Positions 51,488-61,369 of a DNA stretch of 64,000 bases are shown here, in pieces. Origin of the DNA: Escherichia phage FL33; sequence record PP400788; one strand, written 5' to 3'. The notes beneath the pieces are model-generated. The model worked only from the letters and a program-made list of their open reading frames with translations. It was not told the DNA's origin and did not search any database. The stretch's first letter is position 1; each line of letters opens with the position of its first letter. The position numbers were made by a program, and so were the translations under genes.

Positions 51488-52234
51488 TTATCCTCGGATA
51501 AGTTTAAAAATTGAACAATTTAGCGGGTATCCTCTTTTCAGTTTAAATTTATCAATAAAAGACAAGTTTTGATACCGCTCTACACCTTGAATAATTTTAT
51601 CACACATATCATATTGCATTTCTGCTTCTGACAACTTTTTCACAGTTTTCCAATCCGAGCCTTTAAGAAGAACGTTCAATTTAACAACTTCAGCGCCTTC
51701 TGCTATACGAGAACTATCAATACGAGCTTTAAGTGCTATAATCGTTAGCTTAACGTCAGAAGTTTGTTTTGATTTAGAAAGCTGAGAAATGTGCTCAATT
51801 CGGTTTTCACGTTTTTTCTGTATAGCTTTAATTTGATTATAAGTCTTTTTGATTTTAGCCCATTTCTTTTCATCTAAATTTAGTTTATGAACTTTTTTCG
51901 CAGATGAACGACCAATTCGCAAAGCAAATAAATCACGCTTTTCAATCAACTCTTCTAAAGTATAATCAGAACGAAATGTATTATACTTTTTCTTTACTGC
52001 AATAACATTCCCTTTAATGTATCCAACGTTATTATCAAAACGTTCTAATGATAATTTCTCTCCTTCAATACGATTATCAAAAGGTTCTCCCGAGTAAGCA
52101 CAAACTTTCTGATCTAAAATGTTCTTAATGTAATTGAAGTCTAAGTTAAAATCTTTAGAACGTCTTTTTGCAGATGCCTGAGTATGCTCTAGACGACGTT
52201 TAATTTTACGAATTTGGTTATTAGACAGCTTCAT
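51488..52234 (-). CDS. Srd-like protein (possible host RNase E/sigma-related modulator)
   Basis: 248-aa basic ORF at the srd position between dda.1 and modA; assignment by position and size only. Confidence 0.5.
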   Translation of the reverse strand: MKLSNNQIRKIKRRLEHTQASAKRRSKDFNLDFNYIKNILDQKVCAYSGEPFDNRIEGEKLSLERFDNNVGYIKGNVIAVKKKYNTFRSDYTLEELIEKRDLFALRIGRSSAKKVHKLNLDEKKWAKIKKTYNQIKAIQKKRENRIEHISQLSKSKQTSDVKLTIIALKARIDSSRIAEGAEVVKLNVLLKGSDWKTVKKLSEAEMQYDMCDKIIQGVERYQNLSFIDKFKLKRGYPLNCSIFKLIRG

Positions 52235-52270
52235 ATTTTTCTCACATCTTACGGACGGTTAACTACTTAT

Positions 52271-52300
52271 ACTATAACATTTTTACTTTAACTTGTAAAC
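52271..52300 (-). promoter_or_regulatory. T4-type early promoter
   Basis: GTTTACA ... TATAGT on minus strand. Confidence 0.55.
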
Positions 52301-52356
52301 AACTTTATGAAAAATGCTTTAAAACTTTCATGGTATAATGAATCTAAGTCCTTCCA

Positions 52357-52959
52357 TTATAGATTAAATCCTTCAAAATCAAGAGTATAGATAGTGTATG
52401 TTGAATACTTTTTATACTCATATCTATCTGCAATTCTAAATACACTTCCAGCTGGTATCATTACTTCTTGTTCATCTGAAACTAATTCCATATTACGATA
52501 GCGATGGCTATCCGGAAACTTAAAGTTTGGATTGTATTCTTTACAGCGTAGAGCTTTTATGGCATACTCCTGGAAATTGAATACCATAGGAGCTTTGAAT
52601 TCAAAAATAACTTGTGTGTTGTATTCTAATCCAGAAGCAAAATGTAGAGCTATATTTTTATCATATGAAGCTGATACTACTTTATCAAATGTAATAATAT
52701 CAATTCCTTGATTTAACACTTGCTTAGTCTCAACTGGAACACCTCTCCAAAGAGGTTTATCGTTTGGTTCCAAACGAGATTTGATTATTTCATTTAACCA
52801 AGAGTGGTCGTCTGGCTTATTAGTAATACAATGAATTAAAAGTTCAATTTCGGATAAATTAAATCCTTCAGAAAGTAATTCTTCACGAATAGAAGCACGC
52901 ACCGATGCATCCATTGATTTGATTTTAAAATCTTTTAATTGCATTGCTGAATATTTCAT
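52357..52959 (-). CDS. modA: ADP-ribosyltransferase ModA
   Basis: 200-aa ORF with R-S-E ART signature (LWRGV, VVSASYD, EQEVMIPAGS); T4 ModA is 200 aa. Confidence 0.8.
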   Translation of the reverse strand: MKYSAMQLKDFKIKSMDASVRASIREELLSEGFNLSEIELLIHCITNKPDDHSWLNEIIKSRLEPNDKPLWRGVPVETKQVLNQGIDIITFDKVVSASYDKNIALHFASGLEYNTQVIFEFKAPMVFNFQEYAIKALRCKEYNPNFKFPDSHRYRNMELVSDEQEVMIPAGSVFRIADRYEYKKYSTYTIYTLDFEGFNL

Positions 52960-53579
52960 TCAACTACCTCAATATCATACACTTTAAATGTTCCAAATGA
53001 ATCGTGTAATTTTTCTTTTGAAATAGAAGTTATTTTATACTTTCCAATTGGAATCATCCATTCTTGTTCACGCACAATCATCATTAAGTTATCAGTACGT
53101 TCTGAATCTAATCCATCAGTATCTTCATATGTATACTTAAACTCAGTATTAGGAGAAGAAAGTATAATATCGCTGATATGGTCAGAGTAATTAAAAGCTT
53201 TATCAGTTTTTAAGCGAAGTACTATTTCAGTGAAATATTCAGCATAAGAAAAAGAACACGCTGTATGCAAACTAGTAGTAAATGAATCTACTCTGTTCGT
53301 TGAAAACACTTCTCCAACTTGTAAATCTTTAATGAGTTCTTTTGTCGATTTTGATATACCACGATATAGCTGATAAGGCGATTTAGTTAAATGCTTTTTA
53401 ATGATTTTATTCAACTGCCGATGAAGAGCTTCATTCTTTTTGGCTTCCATACATTGCCAAAGAACTGACTGTTCAAAGTCAGTAAATTTTTCACAGACCT
53501 TTTTATACATATCATATTGAAAATCAACACTTTCAGCTTTTATAGATAACTGTTCAACATCTGCAAGATTAATAATCAT
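52956..53579 (-). CDS. modB: ADP-ribosyltransferase ModB
   Basis: 207 aa from ATG 53579 (SD GGAGG); R-S-E pattern (LYRGIS, VFSTNRV, EQEWMIPIG). Confidence 0.78.
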   Translation of the reverse strand: MIINLADVEQLSIKAESVDFQYDMYKKVCEKFTDFEQSVLWQCMEAKKNEALHRQLNKIIKKHLTKSPYQLYRGISKSTKELIKDLQVGEVFSTNRVDSFTTSLHTACSFSYAEYFTEIVLRLKTDKAFNYSDHISDIILSSPNTEFKYTYEDTDGLDSERTDNLMMIVREQEWMIPIGKYKITSISKEKLHDSFGTFKVYDIEVVE

Positions 53580-53605
53580 GATAGCCTCCATATACTTCAG
53601 AAGCT

Positions 53606-53635
53606 ATCATATCATTGTTAGGAAGGAAAGTAAAC
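53606..53635 (-). promoter_or_regulatory. T4-type early promoter upstream of modB
   Basis: GTTTAC ... 18 nt ... TATGAT on minus strand. Confidence 0.55.
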
Positions 53636-53646
53636 AACTTTTTGAA

Positions 53647-53829
53647 TTATTTTGCCCAGGGAGCCCAGGGCGGAGGGTCAAGATGGTATGAAGCTAGTTC
53701 TTCTAGAAGAGCATCTGGGGCTTCAATTCCATAATTCTGTAATACTATACGGTATTCTTTCTTATAATCACTAGAATCATTCTGGATATTCGTAGAATGA
53801 TTATCTTCTAACATCTCAAATAAATCCAT
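53647..53829 (-). CDS. hypothetical protein
   Basis: 60-aa ORF. Confidence 0.45.
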   Translation of the reverse strand: MDLFEMLEDNHSTNIQNDSSDYKKEYRIVLQNYGIEAPDALLEELASYHLDPPPWAPWAK

Positions 53830-53837
53830 ATTAATTC

Positions 53838-54308
53838 CTAGCGATAAAAACCAAAGTGACGATTAGCTTCAATGATCTTTCTTTCTTCTTCGGACATTCT
53901 CCAGCGTAGTCCAACATCAAAATGAGCCCAGACCATCCTAACAAATGCATTTATATCTTTAATATCTTCAATAATGAATGTTTTACTTTTAGAAGGTTGA
54001 CTCGCTAATTTAACTTTATCGTCTTCAAACATGTCAAAAAGACCATATTCATGAGCTCTTTTATAGCCTTTAATAGTTAAAGCTTCAGAAGAAGAAAACG
54101 GTGAATCAGTATTCTGCAAAATATCTTCAGTATGCTTTATAATTAGAATAACATTTTCTGGATATTTTCTTTCTTTTATATCTTTAATTAAAATATCCGG
54201 ATTTTCTGCTAAAGGAATAATCAATGAGCAATTTTTATCAAGCGTATTTACTGATTTACCTTCTTTAGACATAAATTCTATTGAATAATGTTTTGCTACT
54301 TCAATCAT
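53838..54308 (-). CDS. hypothetical protein
   Basis: 156-aa ORF. Confidence 0.55.
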
Positions 54309-54461
54309 GTGATTTCCTTTTGCCTACTAATGGACCGTCAGGAATTTTGTTTTCCTGAATGTATTTCTCATTTTCTTCCATCATTTTACTGCCAATTTTA
54401 AGAAGCAAATCCATTGCTTCATTTGCTTTTGCTTTAGCCTCTTCTAACGTCATATCTTTGT

Positions 54462-54665
54462 TCATGATTTATCACCATAGATGTCTCTCATCAATTTAAG
54501 CGCTGAGCGTTCTAATTTCTTTTCTTTCTCAGCACTAATCATTGATTTCATCCATTCTTCCGATTCGTTCTGAATTTCTTTATTTGCTTGTTCAACCCAA
54601 CCATCATCAATATACATTGAGTTTGGTCTACTAAACCATTCAAGAATCTTCTTGAGAACTTTCAT
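54462..54665 (-). CDS. hypothetical protein
   Basis: 67-aa ORF. Confidence 0.5.
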
Positions 54666-55137
54666 TTGTTTTACCTAAAACAATAGTAGGAGAATCGTCA
54701 AATTCATGAATTTTTAGCAATTTTGGATTTAAATTATTCCATACATAATAAATAAAGTATGATAAAGCATCTTCACTCGCAATTATAAATTTATTTCCTT
54801 TATCTATTTTCCAGTCATATACTGAATCGTACGAATAAAAAGATAAAGGGTTATCATTATATTGTTCTGCGCTAACATTAATGTATTCGGATTTAGTAAA
54901 TGCTTCAATTGCTCTAAACGGACTATTTGACACAGTTTCAATAATTCCGATCTTTTTAAGTTTTATTTCAGCATCTTCTGGAACTGGCATTGAAACGAAA
55001 TTTTCTACGAGATACATAGGGTTACGATAACCCTTATCAATCATTACGGCTACAGTAATTGGAACATCTTTAGCAAACGACATGCTATTACTGCTAATAT
55101 ACATTTCAAACAAAATCGCTTCCATAATTTTCCTCAA
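54640..55137 (-). CDS. hypothetical protein
   Basis: 165-aa ORF. Confidence 0.55.
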   Translation of the reverse strand: MRKIMEAILFEMYISSNSMSFAKDVPITVAVMIDKGYRNPMYLVENFVSMPVPEDAEIKLKKIGIIETVSNSPFRAIEAFTKSEYINVSAEQYNDNPLSFYSYDSVYDWKIDKGNKFIIASEDALSYFIYYVWNNLNPKLLKIHEFDDSPTIVLGKTNESSQEDS

Positions 55138-55478
55138 TCACAAGATGTAGATGAACAACTAGAATCACAAGAACTTCCACATGAATCGCCCGTCCATACA
55201 TGAACAGGAACATTAGTATCATATGAATCAGAACTAGACTGTGTATTCTGTGTGTTAGATGATGTAGTAGGTACTGACCAGCGCCAAGGATTTTTATAAT
55301 ATTCTTGGGCTTCTTCATAAGTCATAGTAACTGCTTCTATTGTTCCATCTCCCATATAAACATACTCAACTACAGTTAAAGGAAGGTAGTCATTTGAAAT
55401 AGGAACTACACCTTCCCCAGGAGTTGTAGAGAAAAAATCCGTAAAGAAACTTTTAAACCAATTAAAGATAAACATCAC
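55134..55478 (-). CDS. hypothetical Cys/Ser-rich protein
   Basis: 114-aa ORF ending in [16 protein letters not shown]. Confidence 0.5.
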   Translation of the reverse strand: MMFIFNWFKSFFTDFFSTTPGEGVVPISNDYLPLTVVEYVYMGDGTIEAVTMTYEEAQEYYKNPWRWSVPTTSSNTQNTQSSSDSYDTNVPVHVWTGDSCGSSCDSSCSSTSCD

Positions 55479-55687
55479 AAAAATCCTCTTTGAAATTCGA
55501 CTCTTTGAAATCCACCCCAGTCAGTATATCGCATTTCAGCATTGAACTCGACTGAACCATCTGCATGCATCATGAATGAATGCGTGACGACATCACAATC
55601 CCAGCTTTTCATACCCCATTTATCAGCGATAGCTTTATCAAGAACCTTCTGGAGGTCTTCATTTGGTTTAATCCAACGATTTAACAT
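55475..55687 (-). CDS. hypothetical protein
   Basis: 70-aa ORF downstream of early promoter 55714-55743. Confidence 0.5.
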   Translation of the reverse strand: MLNRWIKPNEDLQKVLDKAIADKWGMKSWDCDVVTHSFMMHADGSVEFNAEMRYTDWGGFQRVEFQRGFL

Positions 55688-55713
55688 AGTGTTCTCCTAT
55701 ATAAGATATTTTT

Positions 55714-55743
55714 ATTATACCACACTCATTTTGACATGTAAAC
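55714..55743 (-). promoter_or_regulatory. T4-type early promoter
   Basis: GTTTACA ... TGnTATAAT on minus strand, just downstream of the soc terminator. Confidence 0.6.
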
Positions 55744-55750
55744 CATAAAA

Positions 55751-55778
55751 TGAAAAAAGGAATCCCGGAGGATTCCTT
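55751..55778 (-). terminator. intrinsic terminator after soc
   Basis: Minus strand AAGGAAUCC-UCCG-GGAUUCCUU followed by UUUUCAUUUU. Confidence 0.7.
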
Positions 55779-55785
55779 AAATTAT

Positions 55786-56043
55786 TTAACCACCGACACC
55801 TGGTGTCGGTGTAACAGTCCAAAGACCTTCATTAGCAGTGATCCATTCAGTACGCTGATTTTCTTCATATACTGTAGAATATGCTGCTTTTTCAGAAGGG
55901 AATGTCTGATAATGAGCACCAGAAATTTTGTGAACATCAGAATAAAGAGGGAAAGCTACAGAAATTTCTTTACCCTGAATTGTACCACCATCAACTGCTT
56001 GGTCAAATGTTTTGATATTAACATAACCGCGAGTACTAGCCAT
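55786..56043 (-). CDS. soc: Soc small outer capsid protein
   Basis: 85-aa ORF MASTRGYVNIKTF...ISVAFPLYSDVHKISGAHYQTFPSEKAAYSTVYEENQRTEWI...; preceded by late promoter. Confidence 0.88.
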   Translation of the reverse strand: MASTRGYVNIKTFDQAVDGGTIQGKEISVAFPLYSDVHKISGAHYQTFPSEKAAYSTVYEENQRTEWITANEGLWTVTPTPGVGG

Positions 56044-56073
56044 GTAATTCTCCTTTTATTTAAATTACATGAT

Positions 56074-56081
56074 TATTTATA
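56074..56081 (-). promoter_or_regulatory. late promoter TATAAATA for soc
   Basis: Exact TATAAATA on minus strand about 30 nt upstream of soc ATG. Confidence 0.65.
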
Positions 56082-56111
56082 ATAAATTCTCGCGGCTTTT
56101 AAGACGAGCTG

Positions 56112-56630
56112 TTAATAACCTCGGTCTTGACGAGCGAAGTTTTCAGCATTTTTCAGATAATAAAGTTTAAAGATTTCTTCTGCTGTAAGACCAAGACCTT
56201 GGAACATGTTCAGAACGAAATGGAGAATATCAATCATTTCAAATTTAATTTCCAATTGGTCTTGTGGAGACAAATCAGTAATCAGAGTTTCACGGCGTTC
56301 ACCATGCTGAGCTTTCCACGGCTTCCATACAGCAGATGCATCTTTTTCGCCATTGCTCATACCACCAAGAGAAGTCAGAAGTTCGCGGAATTCATCATCA
56401 ATATAATCTTTCTGATTACGCAGCCAATCAACAACTTCACCTGCAGTAGCCAAATCATCAGGATGACGGTTATATTCAGGTTTATCTTTAGCTAAACGAA
56501 TCTGCAGAGATTTCTGCATGTCAAGCATTACCTGCAGCGGGTCTTTTTCATCACCGAGAATATCCCAATATTCATTTTGAGCTTTATCAGCGCCTTCAAT
56601 CAGTTGTGAACATTCGTTAAAGTAAGCCAT
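56112..56630 (-). CDS. 56: dCTPase/dUTPase (dCTP pyrophosphatase)
   Basis: 172 aa from ATG 56630 with SD AAGGA (ORF-track upstream extension begins at a GTG); MAYFNECSQLIEGADKAQNEYWDILGDEK... Confidence 0.85.
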   Translation of the reverse strand: MAYFNECSQLIEGADKAQNEYWDILGDEKDPLQVMLDMQKSLQIRLAKDKPEYNRHPDDLATAGEVVDWLRNQKDYIDDEFRELLTSLGGMSNGEKDASAVWKPWKAQHGERRETLITDLSPQDQLEIKFEMIDILHFVLNMFQGLGLTAEEIFKLYYLKNAENFARQDRGY

Positions 56631-56701
56631 TATTTTTCCTTTCAATTCATGGGTTAGTAGATTAATTATACAATAAATATATAAAGCAATAAGGAGGACA
56701 T

Positions 56702-56902
56702 ATGGTACAAAAATTAATGGCACTTGTTAATGCCATCAAAGGTAATAAAAAACGTATAGCTTTTACTATTTCTGCTATGATAGGAATTTTACTTTGGAAT
56801 TTTGTTTTATCACCAGTTGCTATTGCTCATGGCGTTAGTATTCCAGTAATTACTCTTGATACATTCGTGGATTTAGCATTTGCTTTAGTTGGGTTAATTT
56901 AA
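56702..56902 (+). CDS. small membrane protein, divergently oriented (hypothetical)
   Basis: 66-aa plus-strand ORF with two hydrophobic helices and very strong SD (AAGGAGGACAT-ATG); only plus-strand ORF in this early-gene block. Confidence 0.5.
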   Translation: MVQKLMALVNAIKGNKKRIAFTISAMIGILLWNFVLSPVAIAHGVSIPVITLDTFVDLAFALVGLI

Positions 56903-57927
56903 ATCTTAGCATATTTAGATAGCCGCATTTTAGCCATCAACCCTTGGGCAATATTATTTTTCATATATTCCATAATTTGTTCAGGGGTTGCACCTTCCTT
57001 TCTAATCATATCATTGACGTCTTTTGATTTCCAGGGAGATTTATCCCAAAACATAACCCTTTCTCCTGCATCAACTAATTTAGTCATTCGTTTGATAGTG
57101 TCAGGGTGACGAGGTTCATTATCTAAAACCCACACTCGTCTATCTTTAAATGGAACAATTTCTAGGTCTAATTGACCGCCTGTAATAGCTATACCATTTT
57201 CAATAAAAAGCGAATCTATAGGTCCTTCTAGAACATATACATCGCCATCTTTAACCCGTTCGACACCGTAAATTTTTGTTGCCTCAGGATAAGCTTTGAT
57301 GGTAATATACTTTTGTGGAGCATCTTTCTTTAATGCACGCCCTTGAAACGACTCGGCTTTTCCATTAGCATTATAAATTGGAATAACAAGACGAGGCTCA
57401 GGTATTTCCTTTTTATATGTTCCCGGTGCTATGCTATTAACTAATTTAGGCCATTCAGTTGTAAACCAAAGATATTTCCATTTATCCTTTGGAATACAAC
57501 GAGCTTTTACGTATTTTATAATTGGATGGTCTTCCGCCAGTTTATCTAATCTAATGCATGACGGAAGAGATTTAATTATTTTCTTCTCAGGTTGTTTAGG
57601 AAGTTCTTTAGGTTTTTCTACTGGACGACTTTTACCTTTTTCTTTTCTTATTTCAAAGATATACTCACGATATAAATCAGGTTCAAACTCCTTTAAATAT
57701 ATTCCGATTGGTGCATGATAGTTACAGTTATAACAATGAATATTTCCTTCATTATTATCGCCATAATACCATCCACGAGCTTTATTCTGGTCGGTTTTTG
57801 AATCTCCACAAACAGGGCATCTAAACCGCAATTTAAAAGTTGAACTATTATTTACTTGTGTGAATTTAGGTAAATGAGCTAATGCACGGTATGCAAACTC
57901 ATTATCAATCCAAGGTATTGATGACAT
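56899..57927 (-). CDS. 61: gp61 DNA primase
   Basis: 342-aa ORF with N-terminal zinc ribbon (CPVCGDS...HCYNCNYH) and TOPRIM core; T4 gp61 is 342 aa. Confidence 0.92.
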   Translation of the reverse strand: MSSIPWIDNEFAYRALAHLPKFTQVNNSSTFKLRFRCPVCGDSKTDQNKARGWYYGDNNEGNIHCYNCNYHAPIGIYLKEFEPDLYREYIFEIRKEKGKSRPVEKPKELPKQPEKKIIKSLPSCIRLDKLAEDHPIIKYVKARCIPKDKWKYLWFTTEWPKLVNSIAPGTYKKEIPEPRLVIPIYNANGKAESFQGRALKKDAPQKYITIKAYPEATKIYGVERVKDGDVYVLEGPIDSLFIENGIAITGGQLDLEIVPFKDRRVWVLDNEPRHPDTIKRMTKLVDAGERVMFWDKSPWKSKDVNDMIRKEGATPEQIMEYMKNNIAQGLMAKMRLSKYAKI

Positions 57928-57929
57928 TT

Positions 57930-58094
57930 TTACTCTTCTTTTTCTTTAGATTCCTCTTTTTTCTTTTTAGGAATCTGTTCAGGACCTTTATTTACTACAG
58001 CGCCTGATGTTGTTCCAGTAGAGATATTTTCAGGATTACCACCTGAATCTCCAGCGACCATATCTTCTTTGATAAATTCTTTATATGTTTTCAT
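57930..58094 (-). CDS. small Lys/Glu-rich protein (positional equivalent of T4 61.1; sub-threshold ORF)
   Basis: 54-aa ORF MKTYKEFIKEDMVAGDSGGNPENI...; ATG overlaps upstream stop. Confidence 0.5.
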   Translation of the reverse strand: MKTYKEFIKEDMVAGDSGGNPENISTGTTSGAVVNKGPEQIPKKKKEESKEKEE

Positions 58095-58095
58095 A

Positions 58096-58722
58096 TTAAC
58101 CTCTATTCATAAAAGCATTAAAAATTTGGTCATCAATAGAAACATTTACTTTAGACTGTTTTTCAGATGGCAATTCATATCCACATATTACAATTTTATG
58201 ATCAATATCAAAATACACAGAAGCAATATGATTAATGATATTTTCAGTGAAGTCTAAATCAACATCAATGTCTTTTTGACCAAAACCCAAAGGATAAATA
58301 ATGCGAGTAATTCGATTATCTTTAACAAAGATTCCACCGACATACTCTGTGCTGCGTTTAAAGTCTACACGCCGACGAAATGAAAAATATTCAGGCTCTT
58401 TATGAGCTCGGCTCATAGGGCACAACGAATAACTAGAATAAGAGATGTCAAATCCTACGCCTTCAATATGAACTAAATTGTCATGATTAAACCAATTATA
58501 ATCATATGCCAAGTCCATTAGATTGTCATATGTGAAAGGCACCGGATTAACATCATTGGTCACAAGCATATAATTAGCAACTGCTATAATTTCATTATTT
58601 TTAACGAAAACAAACCGTGATTGATGCGAATGACCTGGACCTGTGTTTTCACGATTAATGATATAACACTGGGCACCTTTATATTTGTACGTGTCTTTAC
58701 ACTTGTGCATTTGATAAAGCAT
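58096..58722 (-). CDS. hypothetical protein (positional equivalent of T4 61.2)
   Basis: 208-aa ORF. Confidence 0.6.
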   Translation of the reverse strand: MLYQMHKCKDTYKYKGAQCYIINRENTGPGHSHQSRFVFVKNNEIIAVANYMLVTNDVNPVPFTYDNLMDLAYDYNWFNHDNLVHIEGVGFDISYSSYSLCPMSRAHKEPEYFSFRRRVDFKRSTEYVGGIFVKDNRITRIIYPLGFGQKDIDVDLDFTENIINHIASVYFDIDHKIVICGYELPSEKQSKVNVSIDDQIFNAFMNRG

Positions 58723-59015
58723 TATTCACCTACCACTTCAGCGATGATATTTTTATTATTAAAGTTTTTATCGCAATACAGAACATAATTATACTGCATT
58801 ACACCGCCAGACTTAAGTTGTTTTTGAACTTCGGCTTTCATTTCAGGACGATCACGCTCAACGATATTCATAATATCTGCTTCAATTTGAGTTTCAACCT
58901 CAGTCTGATCTGCAGTCATAGACCATTCGCACAAATCTTTATCATAACCTGCCATAGCAGGCTGAGCAGCACAAGAAGCTAAAGCAAAAATTGTGGCAAA
59001 GATAAATTTTTTCAT
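58722..59015 (-). CDS. sp: Spackle periplasmic protein (superinfection exclusion/lysozyme inhibitor)
   Basis: 97-aa ORF with cleavable signal peptide MKKFIFATIFALASCAAQPAMA; T4 Sp (61.3) is 97 aa. Confidence 0.75.
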   Translation of the reverse strand: MKKFIFATIFALASCAAQPAMAGYDKDLCEWSMTADQTEVETQIEADIMNIVERDRPEMKAEVQKQLKSGGVMQYNYVLYCDKNFNNKNIIAEVVGE

Positions 59016-59075
59016 GATAATCTCCTCAGTAGTTTATGTTTATATAGTATCTCAATTTTCAACAAAAGTAAACAG

Positions 59076-59333
59076 TTATTTTAAAACTTCTGCGTAATCA
59101 CATGTTACAAACTGTTTCTCTAACTTGACGATTTTACGAAAGTATCTTTTGCATTGGCGAATCTGCCGCTTCGTAGGGCGAACAGCAAACTTAATAAATT
59201 CCACTCGACCAAATGGAGGACTTTCTTCTGCTGGAATATCTAACACCAATTCCCACGTATCTGCAATAAGTGCTTTGAATTGCGTATTTTTCCTGACGTT
59301 ATACGGAGTGGGTTTAAATAAAACAATATGCAT
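59076..59333 (-). CDS. hypothetical protein (positional equivalent of T4 61.4)
   Basis: 85-aa ORF. Confidence 0.55.
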   Translation of the reverse strand: MHIVLFKPTPYNVRKNTQFKALIADTWELVLDIPAEESPPFGRVEFIKFAVRPTKRQIRQCKRYFRKIVKLEKQFVTCDYAEVLK

Positions 59334-59334
59334 A

Positions 59335-59517
59335 TTATCCTCGGCAATCTACTTCACATACTTTCTTGTCATCAATGAAAGCTTTAACTAATGCTTTATT
59401 AACTTCAGCATATTGAGTAGTAGCCCATTGAACGTCATCTTTCATCATTGTGATTTCTTTAGTAAACATGCTTTCATTCTTAAACCACCCCATAAAAACT
59501 ACCTTTACCAATTCCAT
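59335..59517 (-). CDS. dmd: Dmd antitoxin (inhibitor of host RnlA/LsoA toxins)
   Basis: 60-aa ORF MELVKVVFMGWFKNESMFTKEITMMKDDVQW... at the 61.5 position just downstream of gene 41; T4 Dmd is 60 aa. Confidence 0.7.
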   Translation of the reverse strand: MELVKVVFMGWFKNESMFTKEITMMKDDVQWATTQYAEVNKALVKAFIDDKKVCEVDCRG

Positions 59518-59546
59518 AACAATCTCCTCATTTAACCAACAAGACT

Positions 59547-59576
59547 ACTATACCATAGTCTTGTCAGCTTGTAAAC
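59547..59576 (-). promoter_or_regulatory. T4-type early promoter upstream of dmd
   Basis: GTTTACA ... TGnTATAGT on minus strand overlapping the 3' end of gene 41. Confidence 0.55.
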
Positions 59577-61003
59577 TAAAATTTTAATTCATTTGCCAAA
59601 GCATCTAACTGGGCTCGAGTGGATTCATTTCTTTGATAGCGATTCTGTTCAGCCTGAATCTGTTGTGAACCTGCTACTTCGTTCACTTCAGTTGGAGTAG
59701 AATCTTGTTCAATTTCTACCCATTTCTGATTTCCTTTTTGAACACCCATCAAAAACTTATTCCATTTATTCTTATCACCATATCGTGATTTGATTTGCTT
59801 AATGAGTTGTTGTTCAGCAGCTGCCAACTCCTCGGTTTCAATGACCGCAAGCATAAAATCAGCTGTTGCTGGAAGACCAGCAGATTCTGCAATATCGCTC
59901 ATGTTAACATCAGAAGAATCCCAAGCTTGTTTGCCGACCTGTGCTGCAGTCCAAAGAACAGTTTCGGTTTCAACAGCCAGAGCACGCAATTCCTCTGCAA
60001 TAGCTTTAACAGTTGTGTAACTATTTTCTGAATAAACTCTAATGCGGCAAGATTTACAAATACCCAGATAGTCTACAATAATGATTGTTGGAACAAAATT
60101 CTTCTTGAGCTTCAATTCATTCAAGAGAGACCTGAATGTGTTAGCATCTGCCCCACCAGTAGGATACTGTTTAACGATTAAACGGCCGAGAGTAGATTTC
60201 TCACGCCATTTTTCCATTTTTCCTTTATATTCAGCGTAAGAAATATGCCCATCATCAATGTCATCAAGAGAAACATCGAGCATATTAGCGTCAATACGTT
60301 TAGCACAGACTTCTTCTGCCATTTCCATGGAAATGTAAAGAACATTATGTCCGAGCTGTAAATAATCTGCTGCTAATGAACACAATCCTAATGACTTACC
60401 AACGTTAACGCCAGCCATTAAAACGTTCAGTGTTCCAGTCTCAGCTCCGCCTTTAGTAATTTTGTTTAGAATTCTGAGTTTAAATGGAACCTTACGAGCT
60501 TTATTCATATAAGATAGCCAACGTGCTTCGTAGTCATCCATCCAATCATGACCAACGTAGCTATCAAATGAAATTGATAATGCTTGACGCATAATGTCAG
60601 GAATAGCACCAACATCCGGCATTTTTTTATTTCGTTTTTCCGGAGGAAGCTCAGCATTAGTTTGAATTTCGATTATTTTAGACGTAGCATTAAACATCGC
60701 CCTTTGCTGAACATATTTTTCTGTTTCTTTTACTAACCAACTGTGGTCTTCTGGAGAATCGGCTAGTTTTGAAATAAGTGTTTTTACACCAGAATATTCT
60801 GTTTCAGTAAATGAACTATTTTCTAATGCAACATTTAACGCATTAATAGATGGAACGCTATGGTACTCATTAACATGAGATTTAATTAATTTGAATGTAT
60901 TTTTAGCTGGACCACTTTCAAAATATTCTGAATCCATATATGGCCAAACTTTTGAAAAATAAGCTTGATCAAATATGAGATGAGAAAGAATAATTTCTAC
61001 CAC
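59576..61003 (-). CDS. 41: gp41 replicative DNA helicase (DnaB-like)
   Basis: 475-aa ORF with Walker A GVNVGKS and DnaB-family motifs; T4 gp41 is 475 aa. Confidence 0.92.
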   Translation of the reverse strand: MVEIILSHLIFDQAYFSKVWPYMDSEYFESGPAKNTFKLIKSHVNEYHSVPSINALNVALENSSFTETEYSGVKTLISKLADSPEDHSWLVKETEKYVQQRAMFNATSKIIEIQTNAELPPEKRNKKMPDVGAIPDIMRQALSISFDSYVGHDWMDDYEARWLSYMNKARKVPFKLRILNKITKGGAETGTLNVLMAGVNVGKSLGLCSLAADYLQLGHNVLYISMEMAEEVCAKRIDANMLDVSLDDIDDGHISYAEYKGKMEKWREKSTLGRLIVKQYPTGGADANTFRSLLNELKLKKNFVPTIIIVDYLGICKSCRIRVYSENSYTTVKAIAEELRALAVETETVLWTAAQVGKQAWDSSDVNMSDIAESAGLPATADFMLAVIETEELAAAEQQLIKQIKSRYGDKNKWNKFLMGVQKGNQKWVEIEQDSTPTEVNEVAGSQQIQAEQNRYQRNESTRAQLDALANELKF

Positions 61004-61012
61004 ACTTACTCC

Positions 61013-61369
61013 TTAAAAGAATTTAAATTTTTTCTTTGACCTTTTATTAAATGCATCTTGTAGTTGCATTGTAATACATTTTTCTACATGAGGAGCTAAC
61101 TCAGCTTTTCTTTCTTGGTCAAGAACAGCAAAGTCCATTACGACTTTTCCATCAACCCAATCTAATTTTGTCACATACACAATGTGTGTAGAACCATCTT
61201 CTAGTTTAATGATAATCTCCTGGATAACATTTTCCATGGCAGATTTAATTATCTTAAGAGATTCATTAAAAAGACGTTCTTTTCTTTCTTCTTCCCCCTC
61301 CGAAGAGGGGGATTCGTCGATAATTTCTAAATCTAAATCATCTTTATTCATTAAATTCTTCCATATCAC
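61013..61369 (-). CDS. 40: gp40 head vertex assembly chaperone
   Basis: 118-aa ORF between uvsX and 41 as in T4. Confidence 0.7.
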   Translation of the reverse strand: MIWKNLMNKDDLDLEIIDESPSSEGEEERKERLFNESLKIIKSAMENVIQEIIIKLEDGSTHIVYVTKLDWVDGKVVMDFAVLDQERKAELAPHVEKCITMQLQDAFNKRSKKKFKFF

